Of a DNA stretch of 64,000 nt, positions 1-12,245 are shown piece by piece. The stretch covers positions 995,796 to 1,059,795 of the forward strand of contig NW_027192192.1 in NCBI RefSeq assembly GCF_041956535.1, read 5' to 3'. Source of the DNA: Calcarisporiella thermophila CBS 279.70 (Eukaryota > Fungi > Calcarisporiellomycota). The notes under the pieces were generated by a model. That model saw only the letters and a list, made by a program, of their open reading frames with translations. It had not been told where the DNA came from and did no database searches. The position numbers and the translations under genes are program-made. Position 1 is the stretch's first letter; each line of letters opens with the position of its first letter.

Positions 1-2296
1 AAATCCCAACAGACTCGATTCCCCCCACAGAGCCTAGGCCACCGGCCATTGAGCAGGATTACAAACCTACTTTCATCGACTTCTCTCCCTCTGATAGACT
101 CTTTGGGAGGCCTGAGACACACTCAACCTCGTCAGGCCACCTGAGCGATCTCAACAGAGGAGATCAGGCATTTGCATACTTTGGCATCAATATGAGCTCA
201 CTCACGCTACAAGACAACCCTGTATCAACATTCAACACCATCTCACCGGAGAGAGACCAGGTCAAAGCTACGGACTCGAAGTCGACGGATGCACCGCCGA
301 TTTTGGTCTGTGCTGCAGGGGACTCGGTGACCACACGCAAATCCCGCAGAACCAGCGAGCAGAGCAAAATAGATTCCGAGGCTCAGCTGATCGCGAAGCG
401 GTGCTTTGAAGGAGACGAAGGGTTTTTGAGGCAGGATCAAGTTTTGAAATTCTTAAGCTCGACGTAAGTAAAAGCTATTTGGGGCTTTTTATGTTATTGT
501 TATTGTTTTTATTTTCCTGTGAAAATCAGCCCCCAGCAGACCCATTCTTGATATCTCTTTTCTATGTATCCTTAGTAAGGAGCTCAATTCTCGGGCTTTG
601 ACTTACTATATGCTCAATTTCGACTTCGCCGGGATCCGCTTGGATGATGCCCTACGGAGAATGTGCGAGCGATTGTATATTAAGGGAGAAACCCAACAGA
701 TCGATGCAATTCTGGCGGGATTCGCCAGGCGATACTGGGAATGCAACCCAAAGAGTATTTTCGAGAGTACCGGTAGATAGGCGTTTGGAATCCCTATTAA
801 TTGCTCTACCACTAACCCACTTTCCATTGTTTAGACGAGGTCCACGCCATCTCCTACTCACTGCTTCTTCTTAATACCGATTTGCATATTGCTCAAGGAT
901 CCGACAAGATGACACGCTCTCAGTTTGTGTGTAATACGATGGAGACCATACAAGCGGTGCAAACCGTATCGTCTGAGAACCGGGAGCATACCGCAAAAGG
1001 CCTTGGAAGTAGACGATACCAATTGGAATCCATGCTGAAGGATATGTATACCCGGATTAAGTTGAGCCAGATTCTACAGCCAAATGCCCTGAAATTCCCT
1101 GATTCCGCGACCACTTCAGCCGCACCTTCCCCCTCACCCTCTGGATTTCGGAAGCTGAAGCCCACTCTGTTAAGCGATTTTTCTGGAAGTCTTGTTAGAG
1201 CTCTGAATTACTCTCAGAGCTCCCCCTCGAGTAGTTCGTATAGAGATTCGCTATTTCCAACCCCCACTAGCGATGAGGTAAATGTCTCTTTGAGTGAGGT
1301 GTAAAGGGCTCAATTTAAAATGACCCTTAACTGGCTCTAATCTAGGATGGGAAAATGAGTCTTGACAATTGGCCGACCACATTATCGCCGTCGCAACGTC
1401 GGGTTGGTTCTGACGATACCACCTCCTTGTCCTCAGCGTCTTCGAATCTCGCCCCCATTTCCCCCCAGCTTTCCCCCTCCTCGGCCCCAGCGGCAACCCC
1501 CTACGCCAAAGAGGGAATCCTCACCAGAAAACACCTTTACGAACGCCGTGATCTGAAAGCACGGCATCGGGATTGGCGTGAATGCTATGTCGTGGTCGAG
1601 AGCGGAGCCCTCTGCATGTATCACCCCAGACCCGCTAAATTGCAGAATCCCCCGAGCTCCGTTCATGAGAAGACAAAAGCACGCGAAGGCCATCGGCGTG
1701 ATAAAGGGGTCTACATGGGAGAGTTGAATTTGCGCCACTCCATGTCAAAAATCTTGCCGTCGGGATACTCCCGGGCCAGGCCGAATGTGTTTGCGCTTAG
1801 TTTGCCCGATGGGGCCACGTATCTCTTCCAGGCAGGTACGGCACCACTTGTGAAAGAATGGGTTGAGGCTTGTCTGTATTGGGCGGCGCGTGAAAGTCGC
1901 CCGCCCTTGATAGGTGGAGTGTGTAATGTGGAGTATGGCTGGAGTTGGTTTCTCGAAGACAGAGGGGAAGAGGACGGGGTCCAAGAAGGACGTGATGATG
2001 CATTGCCACCCGTCCCTGGGGTCATCCAAGAGTGGCAACCGCCCACTCTACCCCTCATTGCAAGCCCCTTCAGTATGGACGAAACAGAGCAGTCACGCAA
2101 TCTGAAGCGCCACGTGGAGACACTAGAGCGAGAGCTTGAGGCCCACTCACGAATACGCGAGAGGATGGAGCGCATTTTCGCGCCTAGTCATCGCGCGATG
2201 TCGAATTGGGAGCGCAAGAGCCAGTTCCTGCTCCATGAACTTATTAAGTATCAGGAGTATAAGGAGGCGCTAGTTCGTCGGACCCAAGTCTCCTGA
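1..2296 (+). CDS. Sec7 + PH domain ARF guanine-nucleotide exchange factor (Syt1/Yel1/EFA6-like), 5'-truncated by window edge
   Basis: Frame open from position 3. Introns 464-575, 773-834, 1278-1345 (GT-AG). Sec7 motifs FDFAGIRLDDALR, KGETQQIDAIL (Glu finger), LLLLNTDLH. PH domain KEGILTRKH...YLFQAGT...EWVEACLYWAAR. C-terminal coiled coil ending NWERKSQFLLHE. Confidence 0.9.
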
Positions 2297-2871
2297 GAAT
2301 TCGGTCATTATTACTACCACCACAACTACTACTGCTTTTCTATTTTGTTTTGTTTTAACATTTTATTTTCATTTTTATTATGTCATGCCACTCTTTTATC
2401 CTATCTCTATTCTCTCATGCATATTTCTCTAAAGCTAAAGAAAATATGGACTCCCTGATAGCCCCCTCTCAAGCTAAAGGCGTTATTCAGCGCGACTTTG
2501 GTAATCCGCTCCAATAGCCTTTTTTTAATACTATTCCACCAGTTTGGCGTCCACGATCCGAAAACAGGGTTTTCTATCTCGATGATATCGAAGATGATCA
2601 GAGTCAGTAGACCGCAAATTTTGGCATCCCGTTCAAATTGCCTTTTTTGTCCTACCGTAAAATATTAGGCTTTCGAATCCCAAGATGTGATGTCATCATG
2701 CTTCGATTTTGTTCTCTGCAAATTTAGAGTGTGCCGTTTCAGAAACCAAAAACACTATATATATGGTACATTATTTTTCTATCGTGTTCTATAAAATTAA
2801 TTTCCAACATCCTCCACTTTTTCGAGAAATGTTATTGTCGAGTTCTTGGTAAGTGCAAGACACTTTTACCA

Positions 2872-4930
2872 ATGCAACAACAACCACCCCCACTCCCGTC
2901 CCCATCGCAACTACTGCAACATCAACAGCAGCCTTCCTCCCAGCCAATCCCACCTGCTACCCTACACCCTCTCTCCACTCTCGCCACGCTCGCGACCCGC
3001 GAGTCAGGGGAGGAGCAGGTGCGCGAATTTTTGACTCGGCTTAAGCTCTCACAGTATGTAGACAAGTTTCTAGAGGAGGGGTTCGACCGACTGCTCTCGG
3101 TAAGTATTGTATACCTTCTTTTACCTATGCATTTTGAAAGAGGAGAGGGATAGCATGGCCACACTACCACCCCGTTTTTACTTAAATTACTCTTTCTGTC
3201 ATTCAAACCCATATTCGTTTTGACTTCAGAATAAACATCCTGCGAATGGATCTTGTCCATGCTGTCTTTTTTTCATTTTCCTTTCTCCGATGCATTTTCT
3301 ATGCTAAAGCTTATACTGTGAGCGAAACACAGTTGGCTAATGCCTTCTTTTTTGTGTTAGCTTTTTGAGGTTACAGAGGCAGACTTGATTGTCATGGGCG
3401 TGAAACGGGGCCATCGACGGGTAAGTTGAGAGCGGTTGTGTTAATATGGTTATTTACATTCTAATTCTCAACCAAACTCTCTACCAATAGCTCTTGCAAC
3501 GCGAGATTGCGACCAGCAAGGGTATTCCTCCCACTCTCCCGCTACAAATTCTTTCCCCTTCACTGGGCGCATATTACCCAAACCCGGACGACCAGCTCTA
3601 TGAGAGCGACGATGTTGGTCAGTACACCCCCAGCCGTTCTGACCAGCGAAACAGCAACGCGATTGCAAACTTAAAGCAATACTGGATATATGAAGACCCA
3701 CCGTCTGATTCTCCGGTGGCCCTTGCGGCCTTCTCACCCACCCAGGAGCCAAATCAGAATCAAGAGGTGCCCGCTCCCGGGAAAGTGCTCAAAACCTTTG
3801 GCGATGCAGACAACTCGAGCAGTGCGAGTGGACAAGAGACCAGTAACCACTCGCACTTTGGAAACATCTCGTCGCCGGAAGACTTGAACGATACGCAAAG
3901 CACTGACACGCCAACGTATCGCCAGAAGCGCAAGTATCGTCGCCACGTAAAACCGGACCCGAATGCCCCCGTGAAGCCCCCCTCTGCCTATGTCAGCTTT
4001 GCGAACCGGGTGCGCGACGAGATCAAGGACAAAAACATGTCGTTTACAGAAATTGCGAAAATTGTCGGAGAAAAGTGGAAAAACCTCGACGCGCGGGAGA
4101 AGGAACAGCTAGAAGCGGATGCCGCGCGTGCTAAGCAAGAGTATCACCAGGCGGTGGCCGACTACGAGAAGACCCCCGAGTATCGAAACTACCAACACTA
4201 TATCAACGAGTTCAAAAACAAGGTGGGCTACGGCTCCCAGATCTCGCTCCGCCCCCGCAAGCGGCCGAAAACCCGACCGCCTCCCCCAGAAACTCCTGAA
4301 AGCACCAACCACGACAACGGAAACAGTGGCAACAGCAGCAACGGAAATGGCGAAGGTAGCAGCGGTGGGAATGGGAACTCGAGCAGCGGAGGAAACGGGA
4401 GCCAGAGCAACAGCAGCAGCAACCATAACGGTGGATACACTACTGATCGTAGCAATAGTGGGAATGGGAGCGGGGGCTCCAGTAACGGCTCAGATATCTG
4501 CCGCCCGCAGTGGAATACCGCCGCTGTTTCGCCGGTGGAACTCAATGCTCAAATGATGCGCTCAGTTGGGCGCCATCCCCCTCCTAAACCCAACCTGAAC
4601 CCGCAGATACTCCAAGCGGCGTCGGGCGATAATGAGGTAGAGATGGTGTTGAATTCGCAACGTAAGTCGCGGTTCTCCTCCCACCACACCCACCGCCACC
4701 CTCACCCCCATCCGGCTCCCTTGATCACTGCTCAGATCCCATCACCCACCCCTTCACTCTCCACCTCTTCGAACCCCCCAGCAGTTCCTAGTGATAGGAC
4801 CAGCAGTGGCACCCCGTCAAACGAGACTGGGCGAGTCCCACGGCTCTCTGATACGACTACAGAGTCTAGCGGGAGCGGGGAGGGCCGTGAGAGCAATAGA
4901 ACTCATTCCAAAGGTGAACCAGGCGCGTAA
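2872..4930 (+). CDS. SAM domain + HMG-box (HMGB/NHP6-type) DNA-binding protein with N/G/S-rich low-complexity tail
   Basis: Spliced SAM: VREFLTRLKLSQYVDKFLEEGFD / LFEVTEADLIVMGVKRGHRR / LLQREI (introns 3100-3360, 3421-3490). HMG box KPDPNAPVKPPSAY...SFTEIAKIVGEKWKNL...YEKTPEY. Confidence 0.88.
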
Positions 4931-5522
4931 ACAGGAGGTGTGTCCCCGTGGTTTATCCTATGGCTGAGCGATTCGGCTGTTTAAACATCATCTTCATCAT
5001 GGTTATTACATTTATACTTTTATTTGCACATAACACATCAAAGCATTTTCCTAACCCTGAAAGCATCATTTCTTCTCTGTAAATGACCGCCTTTCTTTTT
5101 TCAACGATTAGGTTACCACTTTGTTATATTTCTGTCTAATTTATTCACACACTCCTGTCTGCATAAGTTGTACAATATATCCAATTTTTCTCTTTCAAAT
5201 ATAAGCATATGTATATAGCAAGCATTTTTGAGTGTCGACTGTGTGCCCACGAAACAGCAAACTATTTTTTTTCCCTCTTAAATACAGAGGAAGGAGCGGG
5301 CGAAAGCAGGCTCTAGCAATTCCATCGGCCATAATCAGCACAAGTCGATTTGGAATATTATAGCAGAGGTCGACTGCGCCTCTACTGAAGGCCTTCCACA
5401 TCAAACCATTTCTATCACAACATTTGAGAAAGAGTAGGGACTTCCCCCTTTCCATCTGCCACCCTCGAAAAAAGATATCGCAACCCAATACTCCTCTATA
5501 CACTGTACAGCTAATCCAGATA

Positions 5523-8500
5523 ATGAAATCCATGCGGCGCACACCCGCCCGCACTAAACACGTGCAAGCACCTCCGCTCGATCTCTCCACAGTCCCGACC
5601 GTCGCTCCTCCCGAGCGCCCTGCAGGTCGCGCACGCCTATTTGGGCTTCCGGACGCCCCGACCTTCTATCCAACACGCGACGAGTGGGCCGAGCCTATAC
5701 AGTATATACAAAGCATACGACCTGAGGGAGAACAATATGGTATCATAAAGATTATTCCACCCGAAGGATGGAAGCCGGACTTCTCTATTGATACAGAGGT
5801 ATGTTGTGTTTCTCTTACACTTGGTGACCCATCCCACCATGGCTGTTGGTTTATGAAAGACGACAAGAAATACTTTGCGTGAAACCTAGAGGGTTAATCG
5901 TATGAGCAGGAGATCATATCGAATTAGACTGCCCTCGATCACTAGGTTTTACTTTTCTTGTTGAAGCAGTTTGTGATAAATATTTTCAGATATCCCCAGA
6001 GCTGAAGATATAGAGCGTATGATTTTACTAATGGTTATTCTCCCTACTCTATGTTAGCTCTTTCGCTTCAGAACACGAATACAAAAGCTCAGTTCAATGG
6101 AGGGGGAATCGAGGACGGTGCAGAATTACCTGGAGCAACTGGAGAAATTCCATCGCCAGCAGGGAAATGGTTTTACGAGGCTACCCCACCTTGACCGAAG
6201 ACCTATAGATTTATTGAAGCTTAAGAAGGAGGTGTCGGCAAGAGGGGGCATTAACAAGGTATCCTTGGATCAGGTCCTATGTGTTCGTTCGACCCCCACA
6301 GGACTCACTCTTCCCCCCTGATTAGGTCACCATGGAAAAAAAGTGGGCAGAAATTGGTCGTGCGTTAGGTTATAATGGACGCCAGTGCACCTCTCTTTCT
6401 AACTCGCTCAAAACTGCATATACTAAACTTGTATTGCCATACGAGGTTTACTTATCGAAACAGCGCGGCGCTATTCAAAGAGGGCTAAGTTCGCTCTCAA
6501 GCTCAAATACCAGTACACCCGCGGATGTGGACCGGGAAGAAGCCATTCAAGAGACGCCCGCGATAGAAATAAACGGAAAAGCGGAAGAGGAAGCACCGGA
6601 CAAGATGGATACTGGAGAGCAAGGTAAATATGGTTCTCTTAAAACTCGAAATACTTTATTGATTTTTGCTTCACTCTTATTTTGGTTTTACAATTCAGCT
6701 AAACCATCAAGAATACCCGAAGTTTCTGCAACGCCGTCCTCTCAATCTAGAGAGGGGTCAGTTTCACCCACTCGAGGAGAGGTATTGAAATTTTGCTGGC
6801 TCCTCCCTCCATGAATATTTGTGACCTATTCAAAACCTTTATCCTTTTATTCTAGATATGTGAAATTTGTCGCCTGGGAGATAATGATGAACAAATGCTG
6901 CTTTGCGATGGATGTGATCGTGGCTACCACATGTACTGCCTTACGCCGCCGCTTTCTAGCATCCCGAACACGGACTGGTATTGTGTCAAATGCCTTACTC
7001 AGGCGGGTGATGACTATGGATTTGAAGACGGCGGGGAGTATTCTCTACACGATTTCCAGGCCAAGGCCAACAAATTCAAGCAGCAATGGTTTGCAAACAA
7101 GCGGCGGAGATCAGGTGAGCATGCTAAAATGGAAGTCACAGAGGACGAAGTTGAGCGCGAGTTTTGGAGGCTCGTGGAGAACCCGCATGAAACTGTGTCG
7201 GTTGAATATGGTGCCGACTTGCACTCAACGCAGCATGGAAGGTATGCTCAGCCTGAAAGCTAATTCTTGCTAACCCTTTGCTGATGGAGTGCATTCTGTC
7301 CCCTTCCTTCTGTCCATAGTGGATTTCCATCCATCGAGCGACATCCGATTAACCCATATTCTACAGATCCTTGGAATCTGAACATTCTTCCAGTTCTCCA
7401 CGATTCACTCTTCTCTCACATCAAAACGGATATCTCTGGGATGATGGTTCCCTGGTTGTATGTTGGCCAGTGCTTTAGCACTTTTTGCTGGCACAACGAA
7501 GATCACTACACCTACTCAATCAATTACATGCACTGGGGCGAGACGAAAACCTGGTATGGGATTCCTGCTTCCGATGCAGCTAAATTCGAAGAGACTATGC
7601 GCAAAGCGGTACCCGAGCTCTTTGAACAGCAACCAGATTTACTGTTCCAACTGGTCACTATGCTCTCACCAGGGACGCTAGTCGCAAATGGAGTGAAAGT
7701 AGTGGCAATCGATCAGAGACCGGGCCAATTTGTGGTGACATTCCCCCAGGCCTACCACGCGGGATTTAATCATGGGGTAAGGCGGAAGACGCTTGATTGA
7801 TATTCATTTATTTAATGTATCCTTAATTATTTTAACCAATAATCCCACCGATATCTACAGTTCAACTTTTGTGAGGCCGTGAACTTTGCTCCCTATGATT
7901 GGGTGACCTTTGGACTCGAATGTGTAAAGCGATACCAGGCCTTTAATAAGCATCCCGTATTTTCGCATGACGAACTATTGATCACCACCTATCTTCACGA
8001 CAGCTCGATCAAGACGTCATTATGGTATAGTATATGTTTCTCAAGCCTTTGCGAGCGCGTCAGTGGCCATCTCAACTACTTTTCCTTACGCCCTTCTATT
8101 GCCCACTTAGGTTACAGCATGCGTTGGCTGACTTGCGAGATCGTGAGCTAAAGCAACGCAATCATGTGCGCACAAAATATCCCACCTTGAAGGAGGTACT
8201 AGAGGAGAAGGATCACCCCGAGGAGGAATACCAGTGCTCGCACTGCAACATGTTCTGCTATCTTTCCCAAATCATTTGTGGCTGCACTCGCAAAGTCGCG
8301 TGCTTGTATCATGTTGAGGAGGTGAGTTCTCATTTTTGCTTGTACAAGCTCAGAAGTTTCCTGCCCTCCACTCTTCTCATTCTCTTCTGACTCTGGCCTT
8401 TTGGTTCCTTTGGATAGCTTTGTCAGTGTGACAAGTCTCTCCGTACTCTGCGCCTGCGTTATTCCGACGAACAACTCGTCGAATTTGCCAGACATTGTGC

Positions 8501-11463
8501 AGAGACCGCGAGCATTCCTGCCCAGTGGGTAGCGAAAATGAAAAAGACGCTCTCCGAGGGTGCTCGCTTGCCTCTACGCGTGTTGCGAAGCCTCTTGTCT
8601 GAAGCTGACAAAATACCCGTCACAATTCCCGAAGCATGTTGGCTGCGCGACTTTGTGGATCGAGCCAACGAATGGGTCGAGGGGGCAAGTCGCCTCATTG
8701 TAAGAAAACATTACCACCGATACTCGAGACGGGGTGAGAAGGGAGAGGGCCTCACGGGCGTGACAGGCAAGGCAGGGTCCGAAGGATATCCCCGCACCCT
8801 GGAAACCATCAAGAATCTGCTGAGAGAGGTTGACCGACTAGCATTTGACGCGCCCGAAATCAAGCTACTACGAGACACGGAGCGAGCCATCGAAGAGTTT
8901 CAGATCCAGGCGCGGAACATCCTGGAACCACCAGGTCAAGATATCGAAAAGCTACGCGAGGTTTTCCAGGCCGGCCTGGCGCTAGAGGTAGATCTGGAGG
9001 AGATGGAGATGTTGGAGATTCGCATCCAGACGCAAGACTGGCTCGAACGAGTGGGCAGCAAGATGGCAGGCGGGGAAACGATGGAGTATGCGGATGTGGT
9101 TCAGCTTATTGAAGAGGCGAGGTCGGTTGGAGTCTCCGAGCAGAACGAGCTCTTCCTAGAGCTAGTGGCTAAGGAGGCGAAGGGCAGAGTATGGAAGGAG
9201 GCAGCGGAAGCAGCCCTGGGGCGTGATGAGCTGGATATGGAGGAGTTGGAACGGATCGTGAAGGCTGGCGGGGATGTGCTGGTGGTGGCAGAACTCCTTG
9301 CTAAGGCCGAGCACTTGGTGAGCCATGTGCGGAACTGGAGAATGTCAGCAAGCGAATTGTTAAAGCGATATAGTGCTCCGGAGTCGCCAGAGAGTCGTCC
9401 CCGACTGGAGGAAATCTTGCGCTTGCTCAAGCATATCGAACCCGTTCCCGTGCATCCTCCCGAGCTTCCGGCTCTGCAGCAACTGCGAAATCGTGCACAA
9501 AATTGGCTCTATCGAGCGCGGAAACAATTCGGCAAGGGCGGGAGACACGCTGCACTGGCACCGCTTTTGGATGAACTTCTCGCAGATATTGACCGCATCA
9601 CTCGGACGGATGAACCCTCACCGCAAGAGACCTCCACAGAGACAATCAAGCAGGAAGAGGGTGAGGAGGCAATGAGTGCGGAGGCCGCGCAAGAGAAGGA
9701 GAAGCGAACCGAGGTGTATTGCATGTGCCGTATGCCCGAATCCGGGGTTATGGTGCAATGCGAAGCCTGTCAGGAGTGGTATCACATAGTGTGCGTAAAG
9801 GTGTCTCGCAAGGAGGCAAAGACTCAGGAACGCTATGTATGCCCTATCTGTGATCCAACCATCACCATACCAAGGCAAGGGAAGCGTCCGGCTCTGAGAG
9901 ATTTGGAAGCTCTCGTGCGGGAGAGCAGGGACCTCGGGGTGATTGTTTCTGAGGTGCAGCAATTGGCAAAGGTGGTGGAGGTGCTGCATGAATTTGTGGG
10001 GAAAATCGAGGCGATGGACAACGGAAATGTGGTCATGATGAAGGGGTATCTTCGCCGCCTGGAGGGGCTGGACGTCGCGATCCCAGAACATACGGATAGG
10101 CTACGTAAGATGATCTATGAACTCGCCCCTCCCCCTCCTCGACTTCCAAAGGTGGTCGAGGTCAAAGAGGACATGACCCGCCCCTACTGCTTGTGCCGCA
10201 CTACCTACGACAGCTCTCGTGAGATGATTGGATGCGATACGTGCCAGGAGTGGTATCACATGGAATGTGTGAACATTACCCCTGCGCTTGCCGACACAAT
10301 AGATGTCTACAAATGTCCCGTGTGCTGCCAGAAGGAGAACGTTGAGTACCGTTACGGGAACCCCCCATTGTTGCGATATTGTAAAGATGCCACTTTTTTT
10401 CCTCCTCCCGAAGCCGCCCACTCACGAAGGCATTCTTTATCTCTTTTTTTTTGTCATTGAAATAGGGTTAGCACAGCAAGCTCCCATGAGCATCACTCCT
10501 GCCTCACAGCCGTACCAAGTGCCACAGCAGTTCCGAGTCGTCAAACAGTCCGAGATGGGATCCTCCTCGCCAAAGCCCAAGACCTTTGTGCTGACCATCA
10601 AGCCTCCTAAGCCTCCTAAGCCTAGCGCGCCCATGGACGGCTCCGATGAGAGGAAGACCCCTAAAAAGAGGAAGAAGAGGCACAGTCAAGATGGGGTTCT
10701 GGAACATGAGAGAAATGGGTCGAAAATAAAGAGCGCAAAGCTTCAATCCGTAAGTATACCCTCCTAATTGATCTTTGCAAAGGGAATATGTGTACAAAAC
10801 TTTCTTGATTTGTGCTACTTCTAGTCACCGCTGGCCGGAATCTCCGCAGCCTCATCTCCCTCCACAGCCCAAATTCTAAAGGCCCCGTCTTCCTCTACCC
10901 CATTAACATCCAGTACCTTGTCCACGTCCATCATGGCTCCGACTCTCACCTCCCCGCCATTACACAAGCCCGTCAGCCCAGCGCCTCCGCCATTCGACCC
11001 GCCCCCTACTGCTCCAATAGGTCAGCCCTCGCATCCATCACTGGGGTGCGTTGGCCCTCTTGAGCCAGAGCCAAACCCGGTTGACGAGGAGATGCCCGCG
11101 GTTTCGTCGGCATTTGACGAGCAGTGGTCGGCCACTCTGAATCCGCCTTCGTTCTCGGACTTTGTGCCCTTGTCGATGTTCGATGCGCACAACGAGGGGA
11201 TCTTCGGGCTGATGAACGCAAGGAGCGAGTCATCTGAACCCCAGGGAGCCCCATTATCACCAGCATTACCAAATAAGCCCAACTCTAAGGGCTCTGCCCA
11301 GATACCGAATGATAGCTCAGGCGAAAAGTACGGCTCGTCAGCACAGGCGAACGCGGGTCTTCTAGCGAATGGAGCGGATGCGTCCTCCTCAGCAAATCGC
11401 CCCTACCCCGATGGCAGCCTCTTGTATTCAGACAGGAACGAACAGAAAACTAATGGGAACTAA
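5523..11463 (+). CDS. KDM5: JARID1/KDM5-family H3K4 histone demethylase (JmjN-ARID-PHD-JmjC-C5HC2-PLU1-PHD-PHD)
   Basis: Jmj[49 protein letters not shown], Jmj[10 protein letters not shown] and [17 protein letters not shown], zf-C5HC2, two further PHDs (VYCMCR, PYCLCR). About 11 GT-AG introns. Confidence 0.96.
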
Positions 11464-12245
11464 ACAATAAATTTAACCGCCTCCATTTTTCTACATTTTT
11501 GTATCTTTTGCTTTAATTATTATTTTCAACACTTTTTTGATTATTCGATGATTGACTTTTTTTCCTTTTTTTTTGCAAGCCAGCACATTTCCATGAATTA
11601 TCACGGGGTCACTCCCTTGTAATCTTCTTTCTTTTTCTTTTACTTTTTGACTTCTTGTTTTAGCATATTTTCATCTTTCTTTGTTCTTACCATAGTTTAT
11701 TTTTAGTTTTTACTATTATGTTCTTCTCCTTAACAAGAGATAATTCTCGTCTATTCTGCCCCTTTATGAATTCCCTATCTATTCGTGGAATCCTATGGGA
11801 CTGGGCTGAGCCAATTGCAACTATAAACAAAAAGAAAATGGGATAAGTTCACGTCTCTGCAGGTGTAATGCGACACGATGAAACTGCATCCTGTCCCTGC
11901 CAATGAGGCCGTGGCCATGCCTTTCGCTTAAAACTAGTTGCGATAAGATAATGCTTTCGTGGCTGGCCATGACCTTGAAGCAAGGCGAGATGGTACAATG
12001 GGCCCGCAAGCGCACTGCCTACCGAATCCAGAGCCAAAATTAAAACACAAGGTTTGTACCACGCCGTGAGAGCAGAGGGGAATGAACTATAATTGAGACA
12101 ACTCTTGGGTGAAGGGATCGGTGTTCCTCCACTGGCCTCTACGCGAGTATCTCCCCTACAGCTATAAATATTTATCTATGTGTGCGCCTGTTTGTAAAAT
12201 TTTTGGGCCTTAGTTTCCTTCTCACCTATCCATCCTGTTCTCTCC

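Noticed and set aside
3950-4200. HMG box as mating-type sexP/sexM locus
   Set aside because: Motif is HMGB/NHP6-type (DPNAPVKPPSAY) fused to SAM; no triose-phosphate transporter or RNA helicase flanks it.
5050-5062. CTAACCCTGA as telomerase template or telomere seed
   Set aside because: Single short match in a 3' UTR; expected by chance.
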